From the IMG/VR virus record IMGVR_UViG_3300025066_000004: a stretch of DNA of 64,000 bases. One strand, given 5' to 3'. The DNA is from an uncultured virus (IMG/VR IMGVR_UViG_3300025066_000004). Lineage: Duplodnaviria; Heunggongvirae; Uroviricota; Caudoviricetes. Under the pieces are notes generated by a model. It saw nothing but the letters and a program-made list of their open reading frames with translations, was not told where the DNA came from and did not search any database. Made by a program: the position numbers and the translations under genes. Below, one piece after another: positions 16,613 through 24,942 of the stretch (positions are counted from its first letter, which is position 1; every line of letters begins with the position of its first letter).

Positions 16613-18733
16613 ATGACTAAGGAACTCATTTTCTTAGACACTGAAACGGTAGGCCTTGCTGGCCCCTGTATGCTAGTTCAGTATGCCGAAGGAGAGAAAG
16701 GTGAAGTTAAAACTTTCCAACCTCAGCATGAACCTTGGGAAATGGACCTATTCCTAGAGAGAATCGACGACCCAAATATCGTCATAGCCGCTTACAATAT
16801 CCCTTTCGATATTTCAGTACTCTACAGAAGTGGCTCTACTCCAAGAACTTACCGATTCAAATGCGACACTTTAGATCTTCAAGGCCATGCGAAACTTAAA
16901 CATCCTCTTGGAAAATTTACATTCCAAAGAGAAGGCGAGAGAGCTATTGCCGCACTTAAAAAGATCCCAACCCCAGTCGCAAAAGATCTATCTGAATATG
17001 TTACAAAGTTGCTACAAGAAAAATTACCAAATGAAGTTACAGTAAAGGGGTCTATCCATCAAGACATGGAAGACGACCCTAACTTCAAAAACCTGAGTTT
17101 CTCAGTCCAGTCTAATTTCAAGTTAAAAACCTTAATGAAGTACAAAGGGCATGAAACTCAACAGATTGATGACGTTTGGCCCATCCCTGACAGAGGAACT
17201 GAGCAATCTCATAACCCGTTCTTCCAGCCAGAAGTTCATGGCCCAATACGATCAGAATGTTTAGAAGTATTAAGTGGAAGAGATCCAAGGTCTAAAAACT
17301 TCTGGAAGTACGCAGAAGACGACGTTAAGTACATCCAAGAACTTTACGTAGACTTGGGAAGGCCAGAACCTGACTATAACGACGATATGTCCCACATAGT
17401 AGGGTTCACATACCAGTACGGGTTTGACTTAGATACTAACGTACTAGAGCAACTCAAAAAAGACTGTGAAGACTTATTCAGTGCCTGTAACATCTTCCCT
17501 TTCGAGATAAACTCTTCACAACAGAAACTAAAGTACTTCCAACTCAAGCATCCTAAACTAAAATTAAAAAATTGTGACAAATACGTCTTAGAAAAACTAG
17601 CTAAAAAGGGGGACCCAGATGCTGAGATCCTGGTTAAATACGGTACTGCAAAGCAAACCTATGACCAGTGCGTCAAACTTCTTCAAACGGCTGATTCTAA
17701 AGGTCATCCCAATTTCCGAGTCATCGGAACCGCGACACAGCGAATGGCTGGGTCTGGGGGCTTCAACTGGCAGGGAATTGGAAAGAAATCGCCAATCAGA
17801 AAAGCAATCCTCACCTCCTGTGGAGGAGACTTCGCAGGACTAGAAATCGGCTTAATGGCGATTATTTACCAAGATGAACAAATGCAACAAGACCTCAGAG
17901 AAGGAAAAGATATTCATCTTGCTACTGCAATAGATATCCATCCAAAATTAAAGGGGAAGTATTCTTATGACGAAGCAGCAACTATCCGAAAAAACGAAAC
18001 TCCAGAAAAGGATTTTCGAATCGTCGATCAATATCGGGGAGAAACTAAGGGAGTTGTTTTTGGTTCCGCGTATGGGGCAGAAGCCCCTAAAATTGCAGAA
18101 ACGATTAATGTCTCGGAAATTCTCGCAGAAGAACTCCTCGAAGGATTCTACGAGAGATACCATGGAATCCGGGAATTCAAAGATAGCGTGGAGCGAGAAT
18201 TTACCACAGGAGATACTCTAAATTGGACAACTGATTCTGTCTCTTATATGAGAAGATCCATCACTGATAAGTTGAACTACCAAAGAAGATGGGACTTTGA
18301 GGCAGAGACAGCAGATTTCTTCTGGAGGCTACCAAGATCTAATGATACTGCTTTCGATGCCATTTTCATTGGTTACGAAGGAATCAAAGTAGTCCGACGA
18401 GAAGAGAAGGGTGAACAGACTATAAAACGGGCAGTAATGTCTGCACTATTAGGAGCAGCACTTACTATCCAAAAGTCCGTAGCTAGAACTGCTATCAACA
18501 GCATTGTTCAGTCCTCTGGAGCCCAACTAACTAAAAGGCTCATGTCTAGGATTTGGAATACTCATGGAGTTCCAATGCTCAATGTCCATGATGAAGTCAT
18601 CGTAGCTAGACACCCAAGTTCTAACTATGAAAAAATCAATCAAACAGTTCAATCTTGGGTAGAAGAATGGAAACCCAGTTTCCCCTACTTAGGAATGGAC
18701 TTCAAATCTATTAACAATTGGAGTGAAAGATAA
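16613..18733 (+). CDS. polA: Family A DNA polymerase with 3'-5' exonuclease
   Basis: LDTET ExoI, YNxxFD ExoII, YAEDD ExoIII; TxR, DFAGLE motif A, RxxxKxxxFGxxYG motif B (Phe at the 762-equivalent site), VHDE motif C. Confidence 0.95.
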   Translation: MTKELIFLDTETVGLAGPCMLVQYAEGEKGEVKTFQPQHEPWEMDLFLERIDDPNIVIAAYNIPFDISVLYRSGSTPRTYRFKCDTLDLQGHAKLKHPLGKFTFQREGERAIAALKKIPTPVAKDLSEYVTKLLQEKLPNEVTVKGSIHQDMEDDPNFKNLSFSVQSNFKLKTLMKYKGHETQQIDDVWPIPDRGTEQSHNPFFQPEVHGPIRSECLEVLSGRDPRSKNFWKYAEDDVKYIQELYVDLGRPEPDYNDDMSHIVGFTYQYGFDLDTNVLEQLKKDCEDLFSACNIFPFEINSSQQKLKYFQLKHPKLKLKNCDKYVLEKLAKKGDPDAEILVKYGTAKQTYDQCVKLLQTADSKGHPNFRVIGTATQRMAGSGGFNWQGIGKKSPIRKAILTSCGGDFAGLEIGLMAIIYQDEQMQQDLREGKDIHLATAIDIHPKLKGKYSYDEAATIRKNETPEKDFRIVDQYRGETKGVVFGSAYGAEAPKIAETINVSEILAEELLEGFYERYHGIREFKDSVEREFTTGDTLNWTTDSVSYMRRSITDKLNYQRRWDFEAETADFFWRLPRSNDTAFDAIFIGYEGIKVVRREEKGEQTIKRAVMSALLGAALTIQKSVARTAINSIVQSSGAQLTKRLMSRIWNTHGVPMLNVHDEVIVARHPSSNYEKINQTVQSWVEEWKPSFPYLGMDFKSINNWSER

Positions 18734-19206
18734 TGGACCCTTTTCCTACTGACCCCTGTTTCCCCGAAGACCCCTTCGCCAAAAAACGTAAAACTACCCC
18801 AGTCGAATCAATAAGCTTAGGACCCTCAAGAAACGAATCAGGACTATGCGCGAAACCTGATCCTTCAATTCAGCAAACAGAAGAACTCATCAGCTTAATC
18901 CACAGCCACCTGGAATGTGTAGAACCCCACACCAAAAGGTTCATTAGAGTTATCCTCAATAACATTAAACTCTTCGACAAGAAACAACATGACTACGGCC
19001 CCATGAATATAAGTAAATTCGGAGCCGATGGAGTCATGGTCAGATTGTCCGACAAAATCGAACGAATGATCAATCTCTGGAGTAAAGGTAAAACAAAAGA
19101 AACATCATGTGAAAGCATGATTGATACTTGGCAAGATATCTGTAATTACGGAGCCATTGGAGAAATGTGCTTAACAGGCGCATGGGAAGGGTACAAAGAT
19201 GACTGA
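18733..19206 (+). CDS. Nmad1/DUF1599-like protein
   Basis: KKQHDYG...VRLSDKxxR...ESxxDTxxDxxNY. Confidence 0.8.
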   Translation: MDPFPTDPCFPEDPFAKKRKTTPVESISLGPSRNESGLCAKPDPSIQQTEELISLIHSHLECVEPHTKRFIRVILNNIKLFDKKQHDYGPMNISKFGADGVMVRLSDKIERMINLWSKGKTKETSCESMIDTWQDICNYGAIGEMCLTGAWEGYKDD

Positions 19207-19936
19207 TTTTCCAATCAAACACTTAAGCTTTAGCTCACTAAACCTTTTTGCTACCTGCCAACGATCTTGGTATGGGAAGTACATCAAGGGTGATAGAGAG
19301 CCCATGTCAGATGCAGCTCAATTCGGAATCAACTTCGAAGAAGCAGTAGCTAAATCCATGGACTTCGAAGTCACAGAAACAATTGAAGAACGAGAACAAG
19401 AAAAAATAATTGCCACAGAAGATATGGCAAATGCAGAACGCTATCTAAGCCATCCTCGTAGCTGGAAAGAGGCTTCTGCCTACCAAAAAAAGATCATAAT
19501 TGAGCCTGACCAATTCAACTCAATCTGTAAAAAATTCGACATCAAAGGCACCATTGCCCTCCCTTATATAGGGTTTATCGACTTCATAAAAACCGAAGAA
19601 GCTGTTTTAGATATCAAGACTTCCAAACGAAAAGGTTGGAAAGAAAGCTGGGGACTGCAGTTACTCTCATACATGATCGCAGAAAACGTAGGACACGGAG
19701 AAATCCACCTACTCACCAGAACTAAAACCCCAGGCTTGTATTTTTATGATTTGTTCTTAACCGATGATCTAGCCAGAGCCACTTTGTCATGGATTGCTAC
19801 CCAAGCAAAAGGAGTAGAATCTCTTCTTAAAGGAGACTACGAAGCTTGCGCCATTCCAAGTTGGATGTGTGACTATTGCGCCAGTGCAATGAATTGCGCC
19901 GCGAAAGATTTACGAAATGTTCCAGCCCTCGGTTGA
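19199..19936 (+). CDS. PD-(D/E)XK (RecB/Cas4-like) exonuclease
   Basis: HLSFSSL..F..C, GFID, LDIKTS, QLxxY, C-terminal CxxCxxxxxC. Confidence 0.85.
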   Translation: MTDFPIKHLSFSSLNLFATCQRSWYGKYIKGDREPMSDAAQFGINFEEAVAKSMDFEVTETIEEREQEKIIATEDMANAERYLSHPRSWKEASAYQKKIIIEPDQFNSICKKFDIKGTIALPYIGFIDFIKTEEAVLDIKTSKRKGWKESWGLQLLSYMIAENVGHGEIHLLTRTKTPGLYFYDLFLTDDLARATLSWIATQAKGVESLLKGDYEACAIPSWMCDYCASAMNCAAKDLRNVPALG

Positions 19937-20717
19937 AGAATTACAAGCTCTCGGATGGAATATCATACCAATTCGGCCCAGTAGCAAGGCCCCAATGGTT
20001 AAGTGGAAAGCAAACCAAACAGAGCAATGGAAAGGAGTCTTCCCTGAAGGGTGCGGTTACGCCGCAATTATGGGAAACTTAACAGGTTACATCGTCGTTG
20101 ATACCGACACTGAAGCCTCTGAAAAATTTATCAAAGCTCAAGTCCCAGAGACAGGGATCATGGTAAAAACTAGGAAGGGATTCCATAGATACTACAAATG
20201 GCCTGAGTCTGGGGCTCAAACTTTACTAAGATTTGACAGATACAAAGGGGCAGATCTTAAAGCAGATAGGTCCTATGTTTTGATTCCTCCAACTAAAAAT
20301 TATGAATGGATGTCCTTTGACCCAACAAAAGTACCCCCATTTGACTTCAAATGGCTCAATATAAGCCAGTATACGAGCGTTTCTAGCACTTCCCGGATCA
20401 ATACCCTCGGAATTGGAGAAGTGGACCGAATTCTGCTTGCTCTAAGAGAGTGCGGAGGAATACTTTCTAAAAAGTCTGGGTCAACGATGAACATCTATGT
20501 TCGCACCTGCTATGAGATTTTAATGAACATGGGATACGCCCCTGACGAATCAAAAGCGGGACCAATGAAATCCATCAACGCTCACATAAACGGAATGCTT
20601 TTAATTAGTCCCTCAGGGTTAACTTTTCTTTCTAACGCAGGGGGAATATTCTGTAAAATTATTTTGAACTTACGAGATCAAATTAAGTTGTACCAAACTC
20701 TCCAAAAGGAAGACTAA
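19917..20717 (+). CDS. Bifunctional primase/polymerase (prim-pol, AEP) without helicase domain
   Basis: GWNIIP, VVDTD, KTRKGFHRYY, YVLIPP. Confidence 0.85.
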   Translation: MFQPSVEELQALGWNIIPIRPSSKAPMVKWKANQTEQWKGVFPEGCGYAAIMGNLTGYIVVDTDTEASEKFIKAQVPETGIMVKTRKGFHRYYKWPESGAQTLLRFDRYKGADLKADRSYVLIPPTKNYEWMSFDPTKVPPFDFKWLNISQYTSVSSTSRINTLGIGEVDRILLALRECGGILSKKSGSTMNIYVRTCYEILMNMGYAPDESKAGPMKSINAHINGMLLISPSGLTFLSNAGGIFCKIILNLRDQIKLYQTLQKED

Positions 20718-20884
20718 TGATCGGAAAAATGGGCTACACCTGTGGTAATTGCCAAGCAACAGGGAAAGTGGAGATTCCCCGCAATTCAAAAAAAGGGCCA
20801 GTAACCACTCATGAAATATCTACAAAGTGTAAAGCGTGTTACACAACTGTTCATATAAAATACTGGGCCTTAAGTAAACCATGA
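20717..20884 (+). CDS. 55-aa Zn-ribbon protein (not in ORF track)
   Basis: TAATG overlap; CGNC...CKAC. Confidence 0.6.
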   Translation: MIGKMGYTCGNCQATGKVEIPRNSKKGPVTTHEISTKCKACYTTVHIKYWALSKP

Positions 20885-21033
20885 AAGTCTCAATTACAAA
20901 AATAAGCCGACACCTCCAACTCTACTTTTTCTACCTAAGAAATGGGACATACCTAGGACACATGGCCCCGGTAGCTCATCACTCAATTTGCTTCACCTTT
21001 ACAAGACAACTAAAAGATAGGAATAGATCATGA
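20881..21033 (+). CDS. 50-aa hypothetical protein (not in ORF track)
   Basis: ATGA overlaps on both ends. Confidence 0.45.
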   Translation: MKVSITKISRHLQLYFFYLRNGTYLGHMAPVAHHSICFTFTRQLKDRNRS

Positions 21034-21518
21034 AACCCAGAGCAGTAATTGGCATAGACCCTGGAAAAGGTAAATCTTCCCCCGGGGCAGCAGTCCTCCT
21101 CACTAACCATTTTAGTATCGAAGTCTATGATTATGAAGACGACTACACTGCAGGAATCTGGGCAAGAGCGATGCTTAAGCAATACGACATTCGACGAGTC
21201 TTTATTGAACAACTCAATGCCGACCCATACTGGCCTCCAAAAACTAACTTCTCATTAGGGGGGAGCTACCACGGCTGGAAACAAATGTGGGCTTTTGCCC
21301 AAATCCCAATTACCGTTGTGAGACCTATCAAGTGGCAAAAAGGGCTCTTCTCTATGGAAGACAGAAAACAAGGTAAAGATCCTAAACAAAAATCTGTCTT
21401 CTACGTTAGACGAGAATACCCAGGATTCGCACCAACTTTAGCTAAACACCTCAAAGATCATGGACGCTGTGATGCATTCTTGATTGCCCGATGGGGAAAG
21501 CAACAACAAGATGAATAA
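21030..21518 (+). CDS. ruvC: RuvC-like Holliday junction resolvase
   Basis: VIGIDPG, VFIE, PxxWQ, DAFLIA. Confidence 0.85.
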   Translation: MKPRAVIGIDPGKGKSSPGAAVLLTNHFSIEVYDYEDDYTAGIWARAMLKQYDIRRVFIEQLNADPYWPPKTNFSLGGSYHGWKQMWAFAQIPITVVRPIKWQKGLFSMEDRKQGKDPKQKSVFYVRREYPGFAPTLAKHLKDHGRCDAFLIARWGKQQQDE

Positions 21519-22254
21519 CATTAGATATTTTATTACTGAACATAGCTTTAAAATAAAATGTACCCCAATGTTTTCAAATCCAAATATGCCAGATTTTAAG
21601 GCCGACCATTGGTCCATAGAAGCCGGCCTTTTTACGAAAGGGAGCTCATGAAAGAAGAAGTGTATGAAATGCTGGATGCTTACGATTCCGCGGACAGCTT
21701 CATCAAGTTCTACAACAAGAGAAGGATCAATGCCAACGACTGGTATTGGTGGGTAGGCACGATAAGGGGGAAAGAAGTGTCGGTAAAGAGTTACCGCACC
21801 TGGAATCAAAGAATCAGGGTCGACGGGATTCATGTTCCAACCGTTCATGACCTCAATATTAAGGGTTGGAAAGCAGAATTGTTAGAAGCCCTTTCAGATG
21901 AGAGTCAGAAAGGTTGAATTTCACATCGACAAATTAGTATCGTGTTCAAGGTCTCAAAACCTGGAAACAGCCCCAAAACCTTTACTCTAGAATTCTCACA
22001 AGGGTTTGGATATCGAGATAAAAAAAAACAGACCTAAACCCCCTACTCTCTACACTGTCTTCAATTGCCTTCTCTCAGATTCTTACGGAATAGATTCTAA
22101 CTTTGAAGATTGGTGCGGGGAGACTGGATTTAACTCTGATTCCCGCAAAGCATTCAAGACTTACGAACTTGCACAAGAACAAACCAAAAACTTAAAAAAC
22201 TTCATGGGTAAGGAGCTTTTCAATCAATTCCTAAAATGTGAAGACATGGAATAA
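21511..22254 (+). pseudogene. Conserved phage gene broken by a ~320-bp insertion and an A9 frameshift
   Basis: N-part MNNIRYF...NPNMPDFKADHWSI; middle VFKVSK...EFSQGFGYRD at 21942; C-part KKNRPKPPTL...CLLSD...FEDWC.E.GF.SDSRKA..TY. Confidence 0.6.
21648..21917 (+). CDS. Inserted (moron-like) hypothetical protein
   Basis: GGGAG SD + ATG 21648; G-richer than flanks. Confidence 0.65.
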   Translation: MKEEVYEMLDAYDSADSFIKFYNKRRINANDWYWWVGTIRGKEVSVKSYRTWNQRIRVDGIHVPTVHDLNIKGWKAELLEALSDESQKG

Positions 22255-22319
22255 ACCCCTAGAATTCCACGCGAATCCTGGAGCGGAGTGATGGGTAAGG
22301 AAGTTTTTAAGGAGGTGGC

Positions 22320-22556
22320 ATGAACAAAGATGTTAAGGGCCTTATAAAGGAAATGGTAGATAAATCCTACTCTGGGGATCAGATTGTCGAGGTGTGTCTC
22401 ACCAAGCATGACGGCTCCGTAACGTTTCTAAAAATAGAAGCGGTGTCCGTTTTAAACGGCAATATCCTTCTAGAAGTTGAGGATCATGACTTCGAAGAGG
22501 AAAGAGAAATGGATGAGAGACTAAAGGCCATTGCAGAGGAAGAGAAAAATGACTAA
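22320..22556 (+). CDS. Acidic hypothetical protein, last + strand early gene
   Basis: AAGGAGG SD. Confidence 0.7.
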   Translation: MNKDVKGLIKEMVDKSYSGDQIVEVCLTKHDGSVTFLKIEAVSVLNGNILLEVEDHDFEEEREMDERLKAIAEEEKND

Positions 22557-22581
22557 ACCACTAGTGATAGACTAGACCAAG

Positions 22582-22731
22582 TCAAAACTTCACATGGTAA
22601 CTAAACCCATAACTCGGCTTACCATTCCCAAAATCTGCTCCAAAGTTAAGATTCCCTTTCTTATACTTCAAGCTAACTTCATTCCATTCGGCCAAGCTCC
22701 AATCTATTTTGAAACCTGACCTTTTAAGGGG
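22582..22731 (-). other. Candidate programmed -1 frameshift extension of the holin-like gene
   Basis: CCCCTTAAAA at 22731-22722, 13-bp hairpin 22721-22690, open -1 frame of 48 codons ending SYGFSYHVKF-TGA. Confidence 0.6.
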
Positions 22732-23150
22732 TCCATAACTGGACCTACCATCAGATTAATCGCTTTCGCCTCAATCACAGCAGATTCAATCATCTCTCCT
22801 GCTTCCCCCTCTAAAACTTCCCTAACTGCTTTCGGGGCATTCCTTAAAGATCCCTTAAACATCTTAATTGCTTCCCTCTTCGCCTCAGCAGTTCCCTCTT
22901 TCCAATCATTTGCCGTTAAATCCCCATCCTTAGCTCTACGCTGTAGATCCTGAATAATAGTTTGATGGGTTGCTAATACGCTTCGTCTAGCAATCTCAAC
23001 CCCTTTACCCAACCATTTATTCTCTACATACGCATCCAGCGTACCAAAGACTTTGACGATAATTTTATGCGTTGCCCACCCAATATACGGAACTAAAAAC
23101 GCTCCAATAGCAGGTAGCCACTCCATTATAAGCTCTGTGATACTTTCCAT
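22704..23150 (-). CDS. Holin-like protein (single N-terminal TM, LL-H-holin-like)
   Basis: N-terminal hydrophobic segment, helical body, IESAVxExK C-terminal motif; last gene of the cassette with the endolysin. Confidence 0.65.
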   Translation of the reverse strand: MESITELIMEWLPAIGAFLVPYIGWATHKIIVKVFGTLDAYVENKWLGKGVEIARRSVLATHQTIIQDLQRRAKDGDLTANDWKEGTAEAKREAIKMFKGSLRNAPKAVREVLEGEAGEMIESAVIEAKAINLMVGPVMDPLKGQVSK

Positions 23151-23165
23151 AATTTATCTCCTAAT

Positions 23166-23822
23166 TTAAGGTTGGTAAATCAACCGAAACCCAGTATAAC
23201 TGGTATTGAAGTCCTTATCCGTTATCCCTTCCCTGTCTCCACAGTGGTCCCCAGACCCTGCCTTATCCAATGACCCAAGATCCCTCACTACTCGGTAAGT
23301 CCCAGTGACCAGACCAATAGGATCATCTACTCTAACTTCAGACAGGGTATACGCTCCTAAATACGTTGAAGTCATTTCTCTAACTCCCCCCGCACCGAAC
23401 CCTTCTAATGCTAAGTATCTACATGATACTTCCCACTCATACTCCGTAGGAAGACGATATGCTGTCGTACTTTCTAAAGCGTTTAACTTAGTTATAAAAG
23501 CTAAAGCGTGTTCATAAGATAAATAATACATCGGGTCAGTGTCACTTGAACCGTAAGTACTACTCGGACACTGAATCCCCGGGCACTTATGCCCCATTAC
23601 TTTCGTGTAGAACCCTTGAGTTACTTCAGTCTTTCCAATATAAAACCCAACTGTAAGATAAACAGTATTCACAGGCAATGCGCTCACTCGCCCAGAAGTT
23701 GAACCGTGATAGTACTGATGGGGGTTCTTCCAAACAAATACTTCCCCAAATGTATTCGTATAATCCGCAACTGCGCTAACTACTGAGCTAAACAACAAAA
23801 ATAAAACTAAATCCTTAACCAC
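23166..23822 (-). CDS. Secreted FGE-sulfatase / CLec-fold protein
   Basis: Signal peptide MVKDLVLFLLFSSVVSAVA; FYIGKTEVTQ, YRLPTExEWE, GxVxE, RVVR, terminal GFRL. Confidence 0.85.
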   Translation of the reverse strand: MVKDLVLFLLFSSVVSAVADYTNTFGEVFVWKNPHQYYHGSTSGRVSALPVNTVYLTVGFYIGKTEVTQGFYTKVMGHKCPGIQCPSSTYGSSDTDPMYYLSYEHALAFITKLNALESTTAYRLPTEYEWEVSCRYLALEGFGAGGVREMTSTYLGAYTLSEVRVDDPIGLVTGTYRVVRDLGSLDKAGSGDHCGDREGITDKDFNTSYTGFRLIYQP

Positions 23823-24316
23823 TCTGGTATCCCCTCATCCTCATTGTCAGAATCTAAATTTGGTTCTACAAACCACTCCATCTCTAACTCATCTGTTGAA
23901 AAGGATCTCAATCCTTCTTCACTTAAACCCACTCCAAGATCCCACCATACCGGGGGAGTAAGGTCCACTGAAGCTCTAGAATTTGGAGCTTTCCCAGCAA
24001 ACGAGACTTTGCTCCAACATTGCTCCCCTATATCCTCACTAGGAAACCTCTCTCCACTCTCATAATAGGTCTCTACTAACGGCCTATTACCTTCCAAGAC
24101 AAAGAAATCATCCCACCAAAGATACGGCCCAACGTCTAGAACCTGAACCACAGTTCTCTGTCCCGTTGTCGGCAAAAACAACCTCACCCACTTTCTCAAG
24201 GCCTTTTTACAGGGTAAAGCAACCGCTCTTTTTTTATTTATTATGGTATACCCTTCACCTGTAGCAAAGGTGCCATCGGTAAAGGTAGACGCACGTAACC
24301 CTTCTAATTTGAACAT
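23807..24316 (-). CDS. RlpA-like double-psi beta-barrel protein, putative endolysin (lytic transglycosylase)
   Basis: AS.F...ATGE, VALP, VxVxDVGP, VDLTP...LG. Confidence 0.7.
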   Translation of the reverse strand: MFKLEGLRASTFTDGTFATGEGYTIINKKRAVALPCKKALRKWVRLFLPTTGQRTVVQVLDVGPYLWWDDFFVLEGNRPLVETYYESGERFPSEDIGEQCWSKVSFAGKAPNSRASVDLTPPVWWDLGVGLSEEGLRSFSTDELEMEWFVEPNLDSDNEDEGIPEWLRI

Positions 24317-24942
24317 TATTTTTTCTCCTCAAACCCTGCCACCCGACGAAAGAAATTTGTAACCTTTTTCCCGAATATCCTTACAAAGACAAGAACAAAT
24401 GCTCGCTCATCCGAAGAAGCCAAGCCAGTTACTTTCTCAAGAATCTGAGTTTGGCACCCCACAATAGCCTCAACATTTTTACAGATACTCCTCAACTCTT
24501 CTGTGTGCTCTAAACTCATCTCCTCTAGATTTTTTAACCTAGAGTGGTCCGAACTTCGCTGAAGCATACTGATAATCTTATCTCTCAGAACCTCTACGCC
24601 GTCAGCCTTATCCCAAGTATCCACATACTGACTCTTAGTCACTCTCCGAACAGCTTCCATTACCTCAGGATGCCCTGACATAGCAATCACTGGGTAAGTC
24701 TTATCCTGCTCCTGAATCAGTTTCTCTAACCAAGCAAGCCCGCCAAACATTCCATGCTGGTCTTGGAGATTCATATCCAAACAGAGTAACCCGATATTAT
24801 TCTTTTCAACTTCTTCATCTGCTTCGTCTGTGGTTTTACAATACACAAAGTAACAATCCCCAAACATGAGCTTCACATCTTGAGCCACTTTGCTGTACTC
24901 TTGCAAATCAAATGTGTTGTCATCTAAAAATACTATCTTCAT
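24316..24942 (-). CDS. CheY-like receiver-domain protein with C-terminal coiled coil and amphipathic tail
   Basis: D7-D8, D56 (LDMNL), GG..W, S89-G90, K112. Confidence 0.85.
   Translation of the reverse strand: MKIVFLDDNTFDLQEYSKVAQDVKLMFGDCYFVYCKTTDEADEEVEKNNIGLLCLDMNLQDQHGMFGGLAWLEKLIQEQDKTYPVIAMSGHPEVMEAVRRVTKSQYVDTWDKADGVEVLRDKIISMLQRSSDHSRLKNLEEMSLEHTEELRSICKNVEAIVGCQTQILEKVTGLASSDERAFVLVFVRIFGKKVTNFFRRVAGFEEKK

Noticed and set aside
16613..19206. Z-base (2-aminoadenine) or 7-deazaguanine system
   Set aside because: No purZ, datZ, dpdA, queC/D/E or folE recognisable
19199..19936. CRISPR-Cas locus around the Cas4-like nuclease
   Set aside because: No repeat-spacer array or other cas genes; context is the replication module
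21620..21942. Group I/II intron, IS or homing endonuclease
   Set aside because: No intron core, terminal inverted repeats, HNH/GIY-YIG/LAGLIDADG or transposase motifs seen
23166..23300. Diversity-generating retroelement targeting the FGE/CLec C-terminus
   Set aside because: No reverse transcriptase and no adenine-mismatched template repeat found by eye in the window; a trans-acting DGR cannot be excluded
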